A stretch of DNA of 38,561 nt from an uncultured Actinomycetes bacterium (GTDB taxonomy: Bacteria > Actinomycetota > Actinomycetes > S36-B12), in the NCBI GenBank assembly GCA_903918595.1, contig CAIXFB010000301.1, positions 1 to 38,561 of the forward strand, given 5' to 3'. Position 1 is the stretch's first letter. Each line of letters opens with the position of its first letter. The position numbers and the translations under genes are program-made. Under the pieces are notes generated by a model that was given only the letters and a program-made list of their open reading frames with translations, did no database searches and was not told the origin of the DNA. This document shows, one piece after another, positions 10,017 to 19,504 of the stretch.

Positions 10017-10997
10017 GTGCGAAAAGGCAAAACATTGAAAATTAGAGCCATTCCGAGCCGTTCTGATTACAAGGTTCTTGTAACGGGAGGCTCTGGTTTA
10101 GTGGGTGCTGCAGTTGTCCGATATCTAAGATCTCTCGATATGCAGGTGATCGCTCCTTCTCACCGTGAGTTAAACCTGATGAACGGAGAGGCTACTCGCG
10201 ATTTTTTCGATAATTGCCGACCGCAAATAGTTGTTGCCTGTGCTGCTCGTGTGGGAGGCATCGCCGCCAACATAGCGAACCCAGTTGATTTTTTAGTGGA
10301 AAATTTGGCAATTCAAAATAGTACGTTTCTCGCAGCGGCAGATGCCGAGGTTTCACAATTCGTTTTTATGGCGAGTTCATGTATTTTCCCTCGCAATGCT
10401 CCGCAGCCAATGTCTGAATCGCAGCTCATGACGGGTTTACTCGAACCAACTAATGAGTCTTATGCAATCGCCAAATTAGCTGGCATCCAGCTTGCAAAGG
10501 CACTCAAGCAGGAGGGGAGACTTTCGACTAATGTTTTGGTCCCATGTAATGTATATGGCCCTGAGGACAACTTTAATCTCGAAAAGGCTCATGTAACCTC
10601 TGCTCTGGTGAGGAAGTTCGTTGACGCCGTTGATGAGAGAGACAAATTTGTGTCAGTTTGGGGCACAGGAACTGCTCGGCGTGAACTTATGCACAGCCAT
10701 GACCTAGCTTCGGCAGTGGCTCACGTTTTGAACAACGAGGATGTACCTTTCATTGCGAATGTAGGAACTGGCGTCGACCACTCAATCAAACAGTTGGCTG
10801 AATTAGTGGCTGAGCTATCAGGGTTTGACGGTGAAATAGTTTTTGACGACAGATTTCCTGATGGCATGCCTCAGAAAGTGCTGGATACGTCTGTTCTTGC
10901 CAACAGTGGGTGGCGAGCACAAGTGGGACTTAAAACCGGTGTTGCTGAACTAATTAAGACATACCGATCACTCATCACTGCCCAATTAAACAACTAG
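10017..10997 (+). CDS. fcl: GDP-L-fucose synthase family epimerase/reductase (probably GDP-L-colitose synthase ColC given the adjacent colD)
   Basis: VTGGSGLVG, AARVGGI.AN, SSCIFP, LEPTNESYAIAK, NVYGPEDNF, WGTGTARRE, PDGMPQK. The start could be TTG 10035. Confidence 0.9.
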   Translation: MRKGKTLKIRAIPSRSDYKVLVTGGSGLVGAAVVRYLRSLDMQVIAPSHRELNLMNGEATRDFFDNCRPQIVVACAARVGGIAANIANPVDFLVENLAIQNSTFLAAADAEVSQFVFMASSCIFPRNAPQPMSESQLMTGLLEPTNESYAIAKLAGIQLAKALKQEGRLSTNVLVPCNVYGPEDNFNLEKAHVTSALVRKFVDAVDERDKFVSVWGTGTARRELMHSHDLASAVAHVLNNEDVPFIANVGTGVDHSIKQLAELVAELSGFDGEIVFDDRFPDGMPQKVLDTSVLANSGWRAQVGLKTGVAELIKTYRSLITAQLNN

Positions 10998-11006
10998 GAG
11001 CCTCTA

Positions 11007-12287
11007 ATGTCAGATCAAGAATTACGCGAACTTCTCCGGGCAAAAATGTTGGAGATACCCACTGCATTTAATGTGGACAATCCCCGGTACTGGTTTCCCC
11101 TAGCCACTGTTTCCTATGGGGTAGATGAAGTGATGCAGGCAGTGGAATCAATGACGAGTTTTCGAACAAGCATGTGGAACAAGACCCGACTTTTCGAGGA
11201 ACAATTCGGCACTCGATATTCCAGCCAAGCAGTCATGGTGAATAGCGGCTCTTCAGCAGACTTTTTGTTAGTTTTGTCGCAAATGGAGAATTCTGGTGGA
11301 AAATTACATCCTGGCGATGAAGTGTGTGTCCCAGCAGTGACTTGGCCCACTCACATATGGTCGGTTTTAATGGCAGGGCTGACTCCTGTCCTCATCGATG
11401 TAGACCCAGCTACCTTGAATATGTCGATGGATGATCTCCAGCGAAAGTTGACCCCGAATACGCGAGCGATCTTCCCAGTCCATTTGATGGGAAACCCAGC
11501 CCCCATGGATCAGATTCTGGAGATTGCCTCGGCTTCAGAAGCCATAATTCTCGAGGACTGTTGCGAAGCTCTGGGAGCAACGTGGCAAGGAAAATCGGTT
11601 GGAACCTTTGGCGCGGGCGGGTCATTCTCATTTTTCTTCAGTCACCATATCACCACCATGGAAGGTGGCATGGTTCTAACGCCTCATGAGGAAATTGCAG
11701 AGCGCATTCGTCTCTTGCGAGCACATGGATGGTCCAGAAATCTAAGGAACCCGGAGGCGGTATTGGGAGAGACCAATGGTGAGTTTTCAGGGCTTGATTC
11801 CCGATATACGTTTATCGAGTGGGGATTGAACGTTCGACCAACTGAATTGCAGGCGGGCTTCGGTATTGAGCAATTGAGGCGACTTGACGGATTTGAGTAC
11901 TGCCGAAAGCGCAATTTTGACTTGTTTGTCAGGCTTCTCGAAGAAACCGGCATGGCTACCTTCTTTACACTGCCAACAGTTGATCGGAGAGCTACTCCCA
12001 GTTGGTTTGCGCTGCCCTTGTTGCTTTCAGACTTGTTGCCGTACTCTCGAGATTCATTAACTGAGTTTCTCGATGACAATGGAATCGAGACACGCCCAAT
12101 CGTTGCGGGAAATCTAGCTCGACATCCGGTGCGAGCTAGATTCCCCTCCGTGTTTTCGGGAGTATTCCCGGGTGCCGATATTGTACACAATCGCGGTTTC
12201 TATGTTGGTCTCTATCCTGAACCAATGGATGAGCTTCTTGAAAGGTTTGTTGGGCTGTTGCTTGAATTTCATAAGCGTAATGTTTGA
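11007..12287 (+). CDS. colD: GDP-4-keto-6-deoxy-D-mannose 3-dehydratase (DegT/DnrJ PLP fold)
   Basis: MVNSGSSA, EDCCEALGA, FSFFFSHHITTMEGGM (His at the usual Schiff-base Lys position), LRAHGWSR, NVRPTELQA, GIETRPIVAGN. It lacks the Cys-rich Fe-S segment expected of E1/RfbH. GGAG SD upstream. Confidence 0.82.
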   Translation: MSDQELRELLRAKMLEIPTAFNVDNPRYWFPLATVSYGVDEVMQAVESMTSFRTSMWNKTRLFEEQFGTRYSSQAVMVNSGSSADFLLVLSQMENSGGKLHPGDEVCVPAVTWPTHIWSVLMAGLTPVLIDVDPATLNMSMDDLQRKLTPNTRAIFPVHLMGNPAPMDQILEIASASEAIILEDCCEALGATWQGKSVGTFGAGGSFSFFFSHHITTMEGGMVLTPHEEIAERIRLLRAHGWSRNLRNPEAVLGETNGEFSGLDSRYTFIEWGLNVRPTELQAGFGIEQLRRLDGFEYCRKRNFDLFVRLLEETGMATFFTLPTVDRRATPSWFALPLLLSDLLPYSRDSLTEFLDDNGIETRPIVAGNLARHPVRARFPSVFSGVFPGADIVHNRGFYVGLYPEPMDELLERFVGLLLEFHKRNV

Positions 12288-13240
12288 ATGTTTTGGTCCC
12301 TATCGACGCCTTGTTAAGCAAATGAGGTTTTGACTACTTCTGGTGGGAATAGGTTAGAAAACACACATGCTCTGGCAGCATGGCCTTTTCAAACGAAAAC
12401 TGCTCAGCCACTTTTGCGGAACCGAATCTCTATGGGCATTTGCTGAGCAATCGCGGTGAAGTTCTGTCCGAAACGTCACACAGCTAGAGTGTTGTTTGTT
12501 AGCGTTCGGCTGTGCGGATGTCGCGGAAACATAAACGAATTGGGCTGATTCGGCAGGATGTAGGGATTCTCTCGCAGTGACTGCTCTTCCAGACGGTCTA
12601 CGCTTTCCTCTTTGACGTTTTCCACGGGTCAATTCAAGTCACTTGGTATGGCATCAGGTCATTTGAATACCTATAAATTTTTTTGTCTTTCATCGGAAGA
12701 AGTGAATTACGAAGATTGCTATCGAGCAATTTTCTGAAGTGACTCTGTGTTGATGGGGATGGGGCTCCTTAGCTTGCAATTGGCCTGTAGCGGAATTTTC
12801 TGTCTTGGCCACGTGACAACCCCAAGATTGAAAAGAGTAACTACGTTACTGACTCTGGTAAGCGTCATTGAAATTGTTTGGCGTGAATAGCTTTCAAGGT
12901 CACCGACGTCCTACAAACGTTATCACTGAAGTCCCGACTTTGGGTCTGATATCAAGTGAATGAAATCGGGGTTAGGTGAGGACGTATCGTTACGGTGGTC
13001 GTAAACAAGTTGTTTTTTTGAAACCAGCGGTCACTTCAAAGGCCCGGGATAACAACTACGTTTCGCGCGGAGAGGCGTCGCCCTTATTGATTATCTATCC
13101 GCATAATAATCACACAAGCAGTCTCATTTTCTGAGTTTACTTTGAATTATTCAATCACTGGAGGAATTGAGTTCACTGGACAATGAGGCGGCTAATTAAT
13201 GGAGGACAGATTTCTCAAGTAATACATGCCTCAGATGAGA

Positions 13241-14431
13241 TCAGTTCAGACTAGTCAAGTGCGCCTCAAGTAGCGCGTCGTTCCATGAGGTTGCGCTGAA
13301 CCTTTCCTGATATAACTCGCGCGCGGCTTCTGCCTGCTTTTGCCATAGTTTGTCATTGCGGAGGAGTTCAATAGTTGCTGCTGCTGCTGCATTAACGTCC
13401 CCGACCGGCACGACAAAGCCATTTACACCGTCCAGCACCACCTCAGGAAGCCCTCCGGCATCTGTCACTACCGCAGGGAGGCCATACCGCAGGGCATCGA
13501 CAACTGACAGTCCAAGAGACTCCTTTGAACTCATTTGTAAATAGACACGAGACAGTTCGTAGTAATTGCTTAATTCATCTGACCATCCAGGAAATGTTAT
13601 TGAACTCTCTCCGGTCCTCCGAGCCATAGCTTCCGCAGCTGATCGTTGGGATCCTTCCCCCAGCCATGTAAACGCAAATGATTCCAGACTGGATTGTGAA
13701 CGAAACACTTCGTTTGCTACCGCAATCCAGTCGAAGGGATTTTTGTAGTTCTCAATCAGTGCTGCGGTCATTACAAGTGACTTTCTGTTTTCGAGTGGAA
13801 CCGGAGATAATTCCGGACCGCAGGTGCTCCGGATTGTTTGAATATTTAATCGATTTCTGCTTGCATCCCAATTTGATCTAAATTGATTTCCGCTATAGTC
13901 AGACACGGCTAAGATCTTCAGACTTTCAGGAACCCGCGGAGTGAGCACCATTCGACCTAAGGTTCTTTGTCGAATGCCATGTGGGTATCCATGTGCAATC
14001 ATGATGGCGTTCGGCATACCCGAGACCGCGCTGAGAAATATTCCTGAAGTGCCCACGGATAGTGTGACAGCGTCTAAACCGTACTGAGCTCTTAAAGTGG
14101 AGAACATGCTCACTTCGGTGTTGTAGAGATTTCTTGACCAGATCGCGGGTCGCAAATCGTCGCGTTCACATCTCAAGGGAGCAATGACATCGGAATATCG
14201 AATCAATTGGAATCCTAGCGACTCGACAAACAATGTCATGTCAGGATCTTTTCGTGCGAATGATGTTACTGCCACGACATCAGCTCCGTTGTTGCTATAA
14301 AAACGAAGTAAATCTTTAAAGTAAGCACGTGTGCCACCAAACTCGACGTATTCTGCTGCAAGTAGGTAGCGTTTGCCGCTTAAAGCTCTATTTGAACTCA
14401 TCCGATGTCCCATCGCTGACTGAACAAGCAT
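13241..14431 (-). CDS. GT4 glycosyltransferase
   Basis: N-terminal FGGTR; C-terminal ESLGLSVVDAL.YGLPAVVTDAGGLPEVV.DGVNGFVVP. The start may be ATG 14402. Confidence 0.87.
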   Translation of the reverse strand: MLVQSAMGHRMSSNRALSGKRYLLAAEYVEFGGTRAYFKDLLRFYSNNGADVVAVTSFARKDPDMTLFVESLGFQLIRYSDVIAPLRCERDDLRPAIWSRNLYNTEVSMFSTLRAQYGLDAVTLSVGTSGIFLSAVSGMPNAIMIAHGYPHGIRQRTLGRMVLTPRVPESLKILAVSDYSGNQFRSNWDASRNRLNIQTIRSTCGPELSPVPLENRKSLVMTAALIENYKNPFDWIAVANEVFRSQSSLESFAFTWLGEGSQRSAAEAMARRTGESSITFPGWSDELSNYYELSRVYLQMSSKESLGLSVVDALRYGLPAVVTDAGGLPEVVLDGVNGFVVPVGDVNAAAAATIELLRNDKLWQKQAEAARELYQERFSATSWNDALLEAHLTSLN

Positions 14432-14883
14432 GAGGAATGTTCCTCAATATTCTGCCAGATTGCAAATCTGATTCCAAACTCGCAATTATCTGACTATGAG
14501 TAGTTTCTTAAGTGTTGTCGGGTGTGTTGATTGTTGACTGATGCGAACCAGCAAAAATTATGTTTTTTTATCATTACTCCATATATAGTGCAGGTGTTAC
14601 GAAGACTTTTGCTGAGTTCATTTGTTCTCTATACGAACACGATTGTTCAAAGATCACCAAGGGAAAAGGCAATTTGGTCAGAGTCTTGCCGTTGCATATC
14701 TCGAAACATTGGCAATCCCGAAGCCGTCTCTGCGATACGTGAAGTGTTCGGGAAAACCTCTATGTAATATGCCGAGAAATCCATAATTGAATGCAACCAC
14801 TTTAGACGCCAAGTTCTTCAAGTAGTTGTATCACATAAGCAGTTGTTGACTTTATGGTAATGGTCTGAACTGAAATTCTAAAA

Positions 14884-16716
14884 TCATAAGCCTAGTATGG
14901 TGGCTTGGTGATCAAAATTCGGCTCAGACTTTCTCACTGAATCAAAACTTCCAATCGATCTGATCACTCCACCTTCTATGTAAGCGACTTGGCTGCAATT
15001 GCGAATGGTGGCGAGGCGGTGTGCAACTACAACGAGTGTAACTTCGCCTTCCAGTTCTTGTATGGCCTCTGAAACAGCTTGCTCAGTTGTAGAATCCAAG
15101 GCGCTTGTAGCCTCATCCATCACGAGCAATTTAGGACGAGAATACAACGCTCTTGCTAGTCCTAGACGCTGCCTCTGACCCCCACTAAGTTTAACTCCAT
15201 GTTCACCCACCACGGTATCCAGCCCATCCCGTTGCTCCCGCAGAAATGCCGCAAGATGAGCGCGCTCTAGCGCCTCCCAGATTTGTTCATCATCAAGTGC
15301 ATCCGTTGGAAGCGCTAATCCCACATTTTGGCGGATGGTGCCTTCTAAAACTGACGTCTCTTGGGGAACATATGCGACTGCACCTGGCCAAGTAGCAGCC
15401 ACTTGACCAGGGGAGATTCCGCCAATTGTTACGGAACCCTCGTCAGGGACGAGAACGCCAAGAATTACGTCGGCAAGGGTCGACTTGCCCGCGCCCGTCG
15501 GTCCCACAAGAGCCAATGATTCTCCAGTTTTTGCGGTTAAGGAAATATTGAAAAGAGCGGGTGAATCTGCTCCTGGGTACGACATCACGATGTTCTTTAG
15601 CTCAATCGAAGGTTCGAAGTCAGGGTGCCCGAAACGGATGCCCTCCATTATTTGGAATCTGCTCTGGGAGGCAGTAGTTGGGTCATATTCGCCAATCCAA
15701 GGTTGCTCATTGAGTTCAAATGTTGGTGCAGCAACACCAGCCGCATTTCTAATATTCAAGGATGCCTGCTGGAGTCTGAGCAAGGCAGGCATTGTTCGAG
15801 ATGCTGCCGCAAGAAAGATTGCCATAACAGTCACAGCAACGGAGACATCTCTGGTGAGCGCTTGAGAGAAAGCAAGTGCACCGGCGCCAATCACCAAAGA
15901 AATCTCGAATATGTATTTTGAGATCTGACTCATAATTTGCATTTCCGCTTGAACTTGCGCTGCTCGCCATCGCAGATCTTGAAATTGGGTTACAGTTATT
16001 CCTCGACGACCAGAAACTGAGACCTCTCGATAAGTTCGAATTGCATCCTGAACGGCACGGTAACTTTCAATTTCTGCCTGGGAAGAGACAGTTCCAAGAC
16101 GACGTGCCCTCGCACCCAAAATTCTGCTCAAGATAACGCCTATGAATGCAAAATATACAACGGTGAGAATTGCTACGAATGGATCAATAGCCATTAGACC
16201 TACCGCGACTACGATTAGTACAGCAACTTCGGCAGCCACGACAACTGCTCCCCCAAGGACCCCAAGTGTGGCGGAATTGACTCCAATTGTCAGGGCGTAG
16301 GCCGTCTCTTGACTTGGCTTCCCGAGAACTTCTAGCAGTGGCCTAGATAGAAGCCGAGCCGCCAGTCGGCTGGAAATTATTGCCTGCCTGTTAGCAAGAA
16401 ATCGGTAAGACTTCCTGACGAGAATAAAACTGAGAACCGATTTAGATATAAAAGTAATTCCGGCGACGATTGCTAGAACAATTGTCAATTCCAGCTCGTT
16501 GGTCTCAGATAATCCGAATCGTGACAATATGTCAATCAAAAACGATGGCGCATCACCGGTAACCATTGTGGTTGCAATCGCTGCCACTAAGCCTAGCAAT
16601 AAAATTCCAAGCAGATCCAAGGAAGCCAGCATCATTTGAACTAAAACAAGAAGAAGTAGTATTCGTTTACTTCTTCGATCAAGGAGTGCCAAAGCGCTTC
16701 TAATACTACTAAGCAT
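14884..16716 (-). CDS. ABC exporter with fused TMD-NBD, Wzk/PglK-like flippase candidate (paralog 2)
   Basis: GPTGAGKST, YVPQ, LSGGQRQR, LVMDEATSALD, AHRL; shares RFLANRQA, AYAL and the C-terminal QA..LGL with 3927..5849. Confidence 0.88.
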   Translation of the reverse strand: MLSSIRSALALLDRRSKRILLLLVLVQMMLASLDLLGILLLGLVAAIATTMVTGDAPSFLIDILSRFGLSETNELELTIVLAIVAGITFISKSVLSFILVRKSYRFLANRQAIISSRLAARLLSRPLLEVLGKPSQETAYALTIGVNSATLGVLGGAVVVAAEVAVLIVVAVGLMAIDPFVAILTVVYFAFIGVILSRILGARARRLGTVSSQAEIESYRAVQDAIRTYREVSVSGRRGITVTQFQDLRWRAAQVQAEMQIMSQISKYIFEISLVIGAGALAFSQALTRDVSVAVTVMAIFLAAASRTMPALLRLQQASLNIRNAAGVAAPTFELNEQPWIGEYDPTTASQSRFQIMEGIRFGHPDFEPSIELKNIVMSYPGADSPALFNISLTAKTGESLALVGPTGAGKSTLADVILGVLVPDEGSVTIGGISPGQVAATWPGAVAYVPQETSVLEGTIRQNVGLALPTDALDDEQIWEALERAHLAAFLREQRDGLDTVVGEHGVKLSGGQRQRLGLARALYSRPKLLVMDEATSALDSTTEQAVSEAIQELEGEVTLVVVAHRLATIRNCSQVAYIEGGVIRSIGSFDSVRKSEPNFDHQATILGL

Positions 16717-17064
16717 TCTGCCTCTTTCGGTTGTCAGAAGACTAGAGCTCTAGATGCCTAATCTGAAGTGACACAAAAGCCTCCTTACCTTACCGCTGAA
16801 AGCCGAATGACCTCATTGATGTTAGAGGATGGAGTTCCCGGCAACGCAACTCAGTTCAGAGTTTCCATAAGACCCAAACTATAGATCGAAACAAGTAATG
16901 GGTACAGATTGAAATTGGGAACTAATAGTTTAGTCTTCATGAAGGAGGGCTCCCACCGGAAGTAACCAGGAACTCTACTGACCTCAGCTCGCAAACAAGG
17001 GGTATTCTAAGTATGAAGTGGACAGGTCTGCGCGAATAAGGAAATAATGATCTGGGAGACTTCG

Positions 17065-17937
17065 TCATTTCCGATTCAGTTGCTCTGCAATGGAGTCAAA
17101 AAATCTTTCAACCCGCAGCCTCCACAATAGGCGCGTGGTCAATGAAGCGGAACGTATGAATTGTTGGCAGTAAATTTTCCACTCGAGAGTCGAATGACCT
17201 GCGGGGTCAACCGCCCAAGGCCTACGATTCGGATTGTAGCCACACACAAGAGGGTCTGCTTCACTGACCCAAGATACGGCGTTTGACATTATTGCCTTGT
17301 GGAGCAGTGCGCAATCAAGCCAATCGAAATCATTGGGCGGGAAGGCGGACCTAAGCCAATCTCCGCGCCAGAGGCCAAAGACCCACGTAGGTTGAATCTC
17401 CCGGGCAACCTCGATTCGACGCTTGCCGGCTGAAATGGGTTCAAGACGATCAAGCAGATCTCCAAACTTAGCCGTGGCCCTATCGTAAGGCCTCAATTCG
17501 ATAGGGGGCAAAACAAGGCATGTTTTCTCTGGCAGTGGGTGTGCCACCAAACTCGTAAAGTTCCGTGGAATTGAGTCATCGTCAGCGCAGATGGAAATCC
17601 ATTCTGCGGTAGAGGCCAATACAAGTCGTCGAAAGTTTCCGTAAAGTGTCAGGTCCCCATCTGGAGGAAGGAGTTTCACCCCTGACAATCCATTCAAAGC
17701 TTGCTCAAACTTGAGCCAAGAGTTTGGGTCGCTCACACTGACGATTATTGAACATCCGTCCCGATAAGACTGATGTTTGAATTCATCAATGACACGCAAT
17801 GCGCCGACGAGATCATCACGTGTCGGCAAGAGCAACTCGACACGACATTGCGAATTTTCCAAACCATCTTCCCCTTTGCCTGATCCGAGGTGCAAGGCGA
17901 TACAGATACTTCGAGACCCTGCTAGAGCCGCTGACAC
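17065..17937 (-). CDS. Divergent GT-A fold (GT2-like) glycosyltransferase
   Basis: LLLPTR, IIVSVSD, NFRRLV..STAEWISICADDD (DxD), FGLWR, FDWLD. The more likely start is TTG 17862 after a GGGGAAG purine run. Confidence 0.55.
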   Translation of the reverse strand: MSAALAGSRSICIALHLGSGKGEDGLENSQCRVELLLPTRDDLVGALRVIDEFKHQSYRDGCSIIVSVSDPNSWLKFEQALNGLSGVKLLPPDGDLTLYGNFRRLVLASTAEWISICADDDSIPRNFTSLVAHPLPEKTCLVLPPIELRPYDRATAKFGDLLDRLEPISAGKRRIEVAREIQPTWVFGLWRGDWLRSAFPPNDFDWLDCALLHKAIMSNAVSWVSEADPLVCGYNPNRRPWAVDPAGHSTLEWKIYCQQFIRSASLTTRLLWRLRVERFFDSIAEQLNRK

Positions 17938-17954
17938 AGGACCAAGAGAGGCAC

Positions 17955-17961
17955 TAGTCTA
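17955..17961. promoter_or_regulatory. Candidate bidirectional -10 TAGTCTA; leaderless promoter for the nucleotidyltransferase
   Basis: Plus-strand TAGTCT-agggga-ATG(17967), 6-nt gap; the overlapping minus-strand TAGACT faces the divergent GT gene. Confidence 0.5.
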
Positions 17962-17966
17962 GGGGA

Positions 17967-18686
17967 ATGATCGGCATCTTGCCAGCGGCGGGGACAGCGA
18001 CTCGACTTGGTGGACTACCCAAATTCCTTCTCCCAGTAACGTCGAGTGAAGATACTTTGTTGCGACGCCATATTGAGGCGTTGAGAGGATCGGTTGACCA
18101 AGTGCTAATTCCTACCAGGCCGGAAAACGCCATGTTGATTGCACCGTACATCGATGATCTGGTGACTGTCCTTGTAATGGAAACCCAAACAATGTCTGAG
18201 ACGGTGTGTCGGGCACTGAGCTGGGTTGACGGATCAGGATTTCTATTGGGTATGCCTGACACCTTCTTTACTCGTTCCAATCCATACCTCAAGATCGCTG
18301 AATCCTTGTCACCAGGAATCGACATGGTCCTGGCGGCTTGGGCCATTGCGCCAGATCAGAGAGGGCAACTTGGACAAATTGACATTAGCGCAAACGGCAA
18401 TGTTCTGGATTCCGTTGACAAGGATCCGGAGTGCACTTTCCGATACTTTTGGGGAGCCATGGGGTTTCAAAAGCGCGTGTTAGCGGACATAGACCCAGGC
18501 ACAGCACATGTGGGCTATTCCATTCGGAGCTTGTTGGATCGTGGGGGCAACGTACTCGCCGTCGTGCAGGAAGGACGTTATATCGATAGCGGAACTCCTC
18601 AGGGATTTCGATTCGTCTTAGAAGAGGCGTTTGAGATTTCACGCTCTACCCTGACGCATGAGCGGGCCGAAGAGCCTGTTGTGTAG
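17967..18686 (+). CDS. Short sugar-1-phosphate nucleotidyltransferase (RmlA-like fold)
   Basis: MIGILPAAGTATRLGGLPKFLLP, LGMPDT, DKDP, YFWGA, YIDSGTP. Confidence 0.8.
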   Translation: MIGILPAAGTATRLGGLPKFLLPVTSSEDTLLRRHIEALRGSVDQVLIPTRPENAMLIAPYIDDLVTVLVMETQTMSETVCRALSWVDGSGFLLGMPDTFFTRSNPYLKIAESLSPGIDMVLAAWAIAPDQRGQLGQIDISANGNVLDSVDKDPECTFRYFWGAMGFQKRVLADIDPGTAHVGYSIRSLLDRGGNVLAVVQEGRYIDSGTPQGFRFVLEEAFEISRSTLTHERAEEPVV

Positions 18687-18739
18687 TTTATCGGCAGTGA
18701 CCATAAGCAATAGACATCAATCTGTAGAGTTTGACGCTG

Positions 18740-19225
18740 TTGGAATGGTGGGACTTCTTCCCTATCTAATCCGGAGGAGTACCGTCGCGATGTTGTTTCG
18801 ATCGCGCGGAGAAATGAAATCTTCATTGCCCTGGGTTTTAAGGGTTTGGGAATTTTTCATGCCGTTAAGGGTAAGAGCCGCATCCATCTCTAACGACTAG
18901 AAGGCATTTTGTGTTCCAACACTATTCGCCCCAATCGCAAATCAGGCAAAAAACCCAGGACACCGGTCAATGCTGATTTACTCGAGTGTAATTTCACTGC
19001 TGAACACGTGAATGAGAAATGGGCCCTCGACATTATTAAAGAAATCAGAGGTTCTCAGAAGCGTTACTTGTGCGCAATCCTGTACTGCGTACCACTACGT
19101 TTCGTGGGACATATTCTAGTGTCTCTAGCATGAGATTATCTGTGGCCGTGAATGGTCTACGCCACTCAGTGAACGCATATATAACGGTAAAAATGATTCT
19201 TCACTCCGATCGGGGAGTCCAAGGT
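18740..19225 (+). mobile_element. Heavily decayed, internally deleted IS3 remnant
   Basis: 18771+: PEEYRRDVVSIARR aligns with OrfA PIEFRRDVVAVARQ. From about 18870, KSGKKPRTPVNADLLECNFTAEHVNEKWALDI...YLCAI...FVG aligns with OrfB GSGKKAGPAVHDDHVMRDFTAETVNVKWLLDI...CLCAI...IVG. HSDRG is at 19202. Ends are approximate. Confidence 0.85.
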
Positions 19226-19504
19226 GGGTTCAATTGGTCGTCGTAACACCATCAGGTATTGGCGGTGTTCGATGATGGCAACGGAGGACTTCAGCAAAAA
19301 GACCATCGATGCTCTCGAGGGAGAGTGCCTCACGTGGATCGAATATTGGGTCTGCCAAGAATTCTATTTACGATATTGCAGCGAAGATGGTGGTGCCCGC
19401 TTTTGGGTCGAGTTGTTTTTGGTGCGTGGCAACTGTTCGACCCAAACTTCGATGTGGAGGTGCTTGGCGCCGCAAAAATTCTCTAGTGAACTCGGTCGTT
19501 GACT

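Noticed and set aside
11007-12287. Perosamine synthase or E1 (RfbH) identity
   Set aside because: It has His rather than the catalytic Lys, no Cys-rich Fe-S segment, and sits next to an Fcl-like gene; ColD fits better.
13375-13390. Short (GCT)n repeat
   Set aside because: It encodes a poly-Ala helix in the GT4 and is too short to call a functional repeat.
19230-19500. Short ORFs, with a faint DUF222-like LDPKAG word on the minus strand
   Set aside because: The similarity is too weak to support a call.
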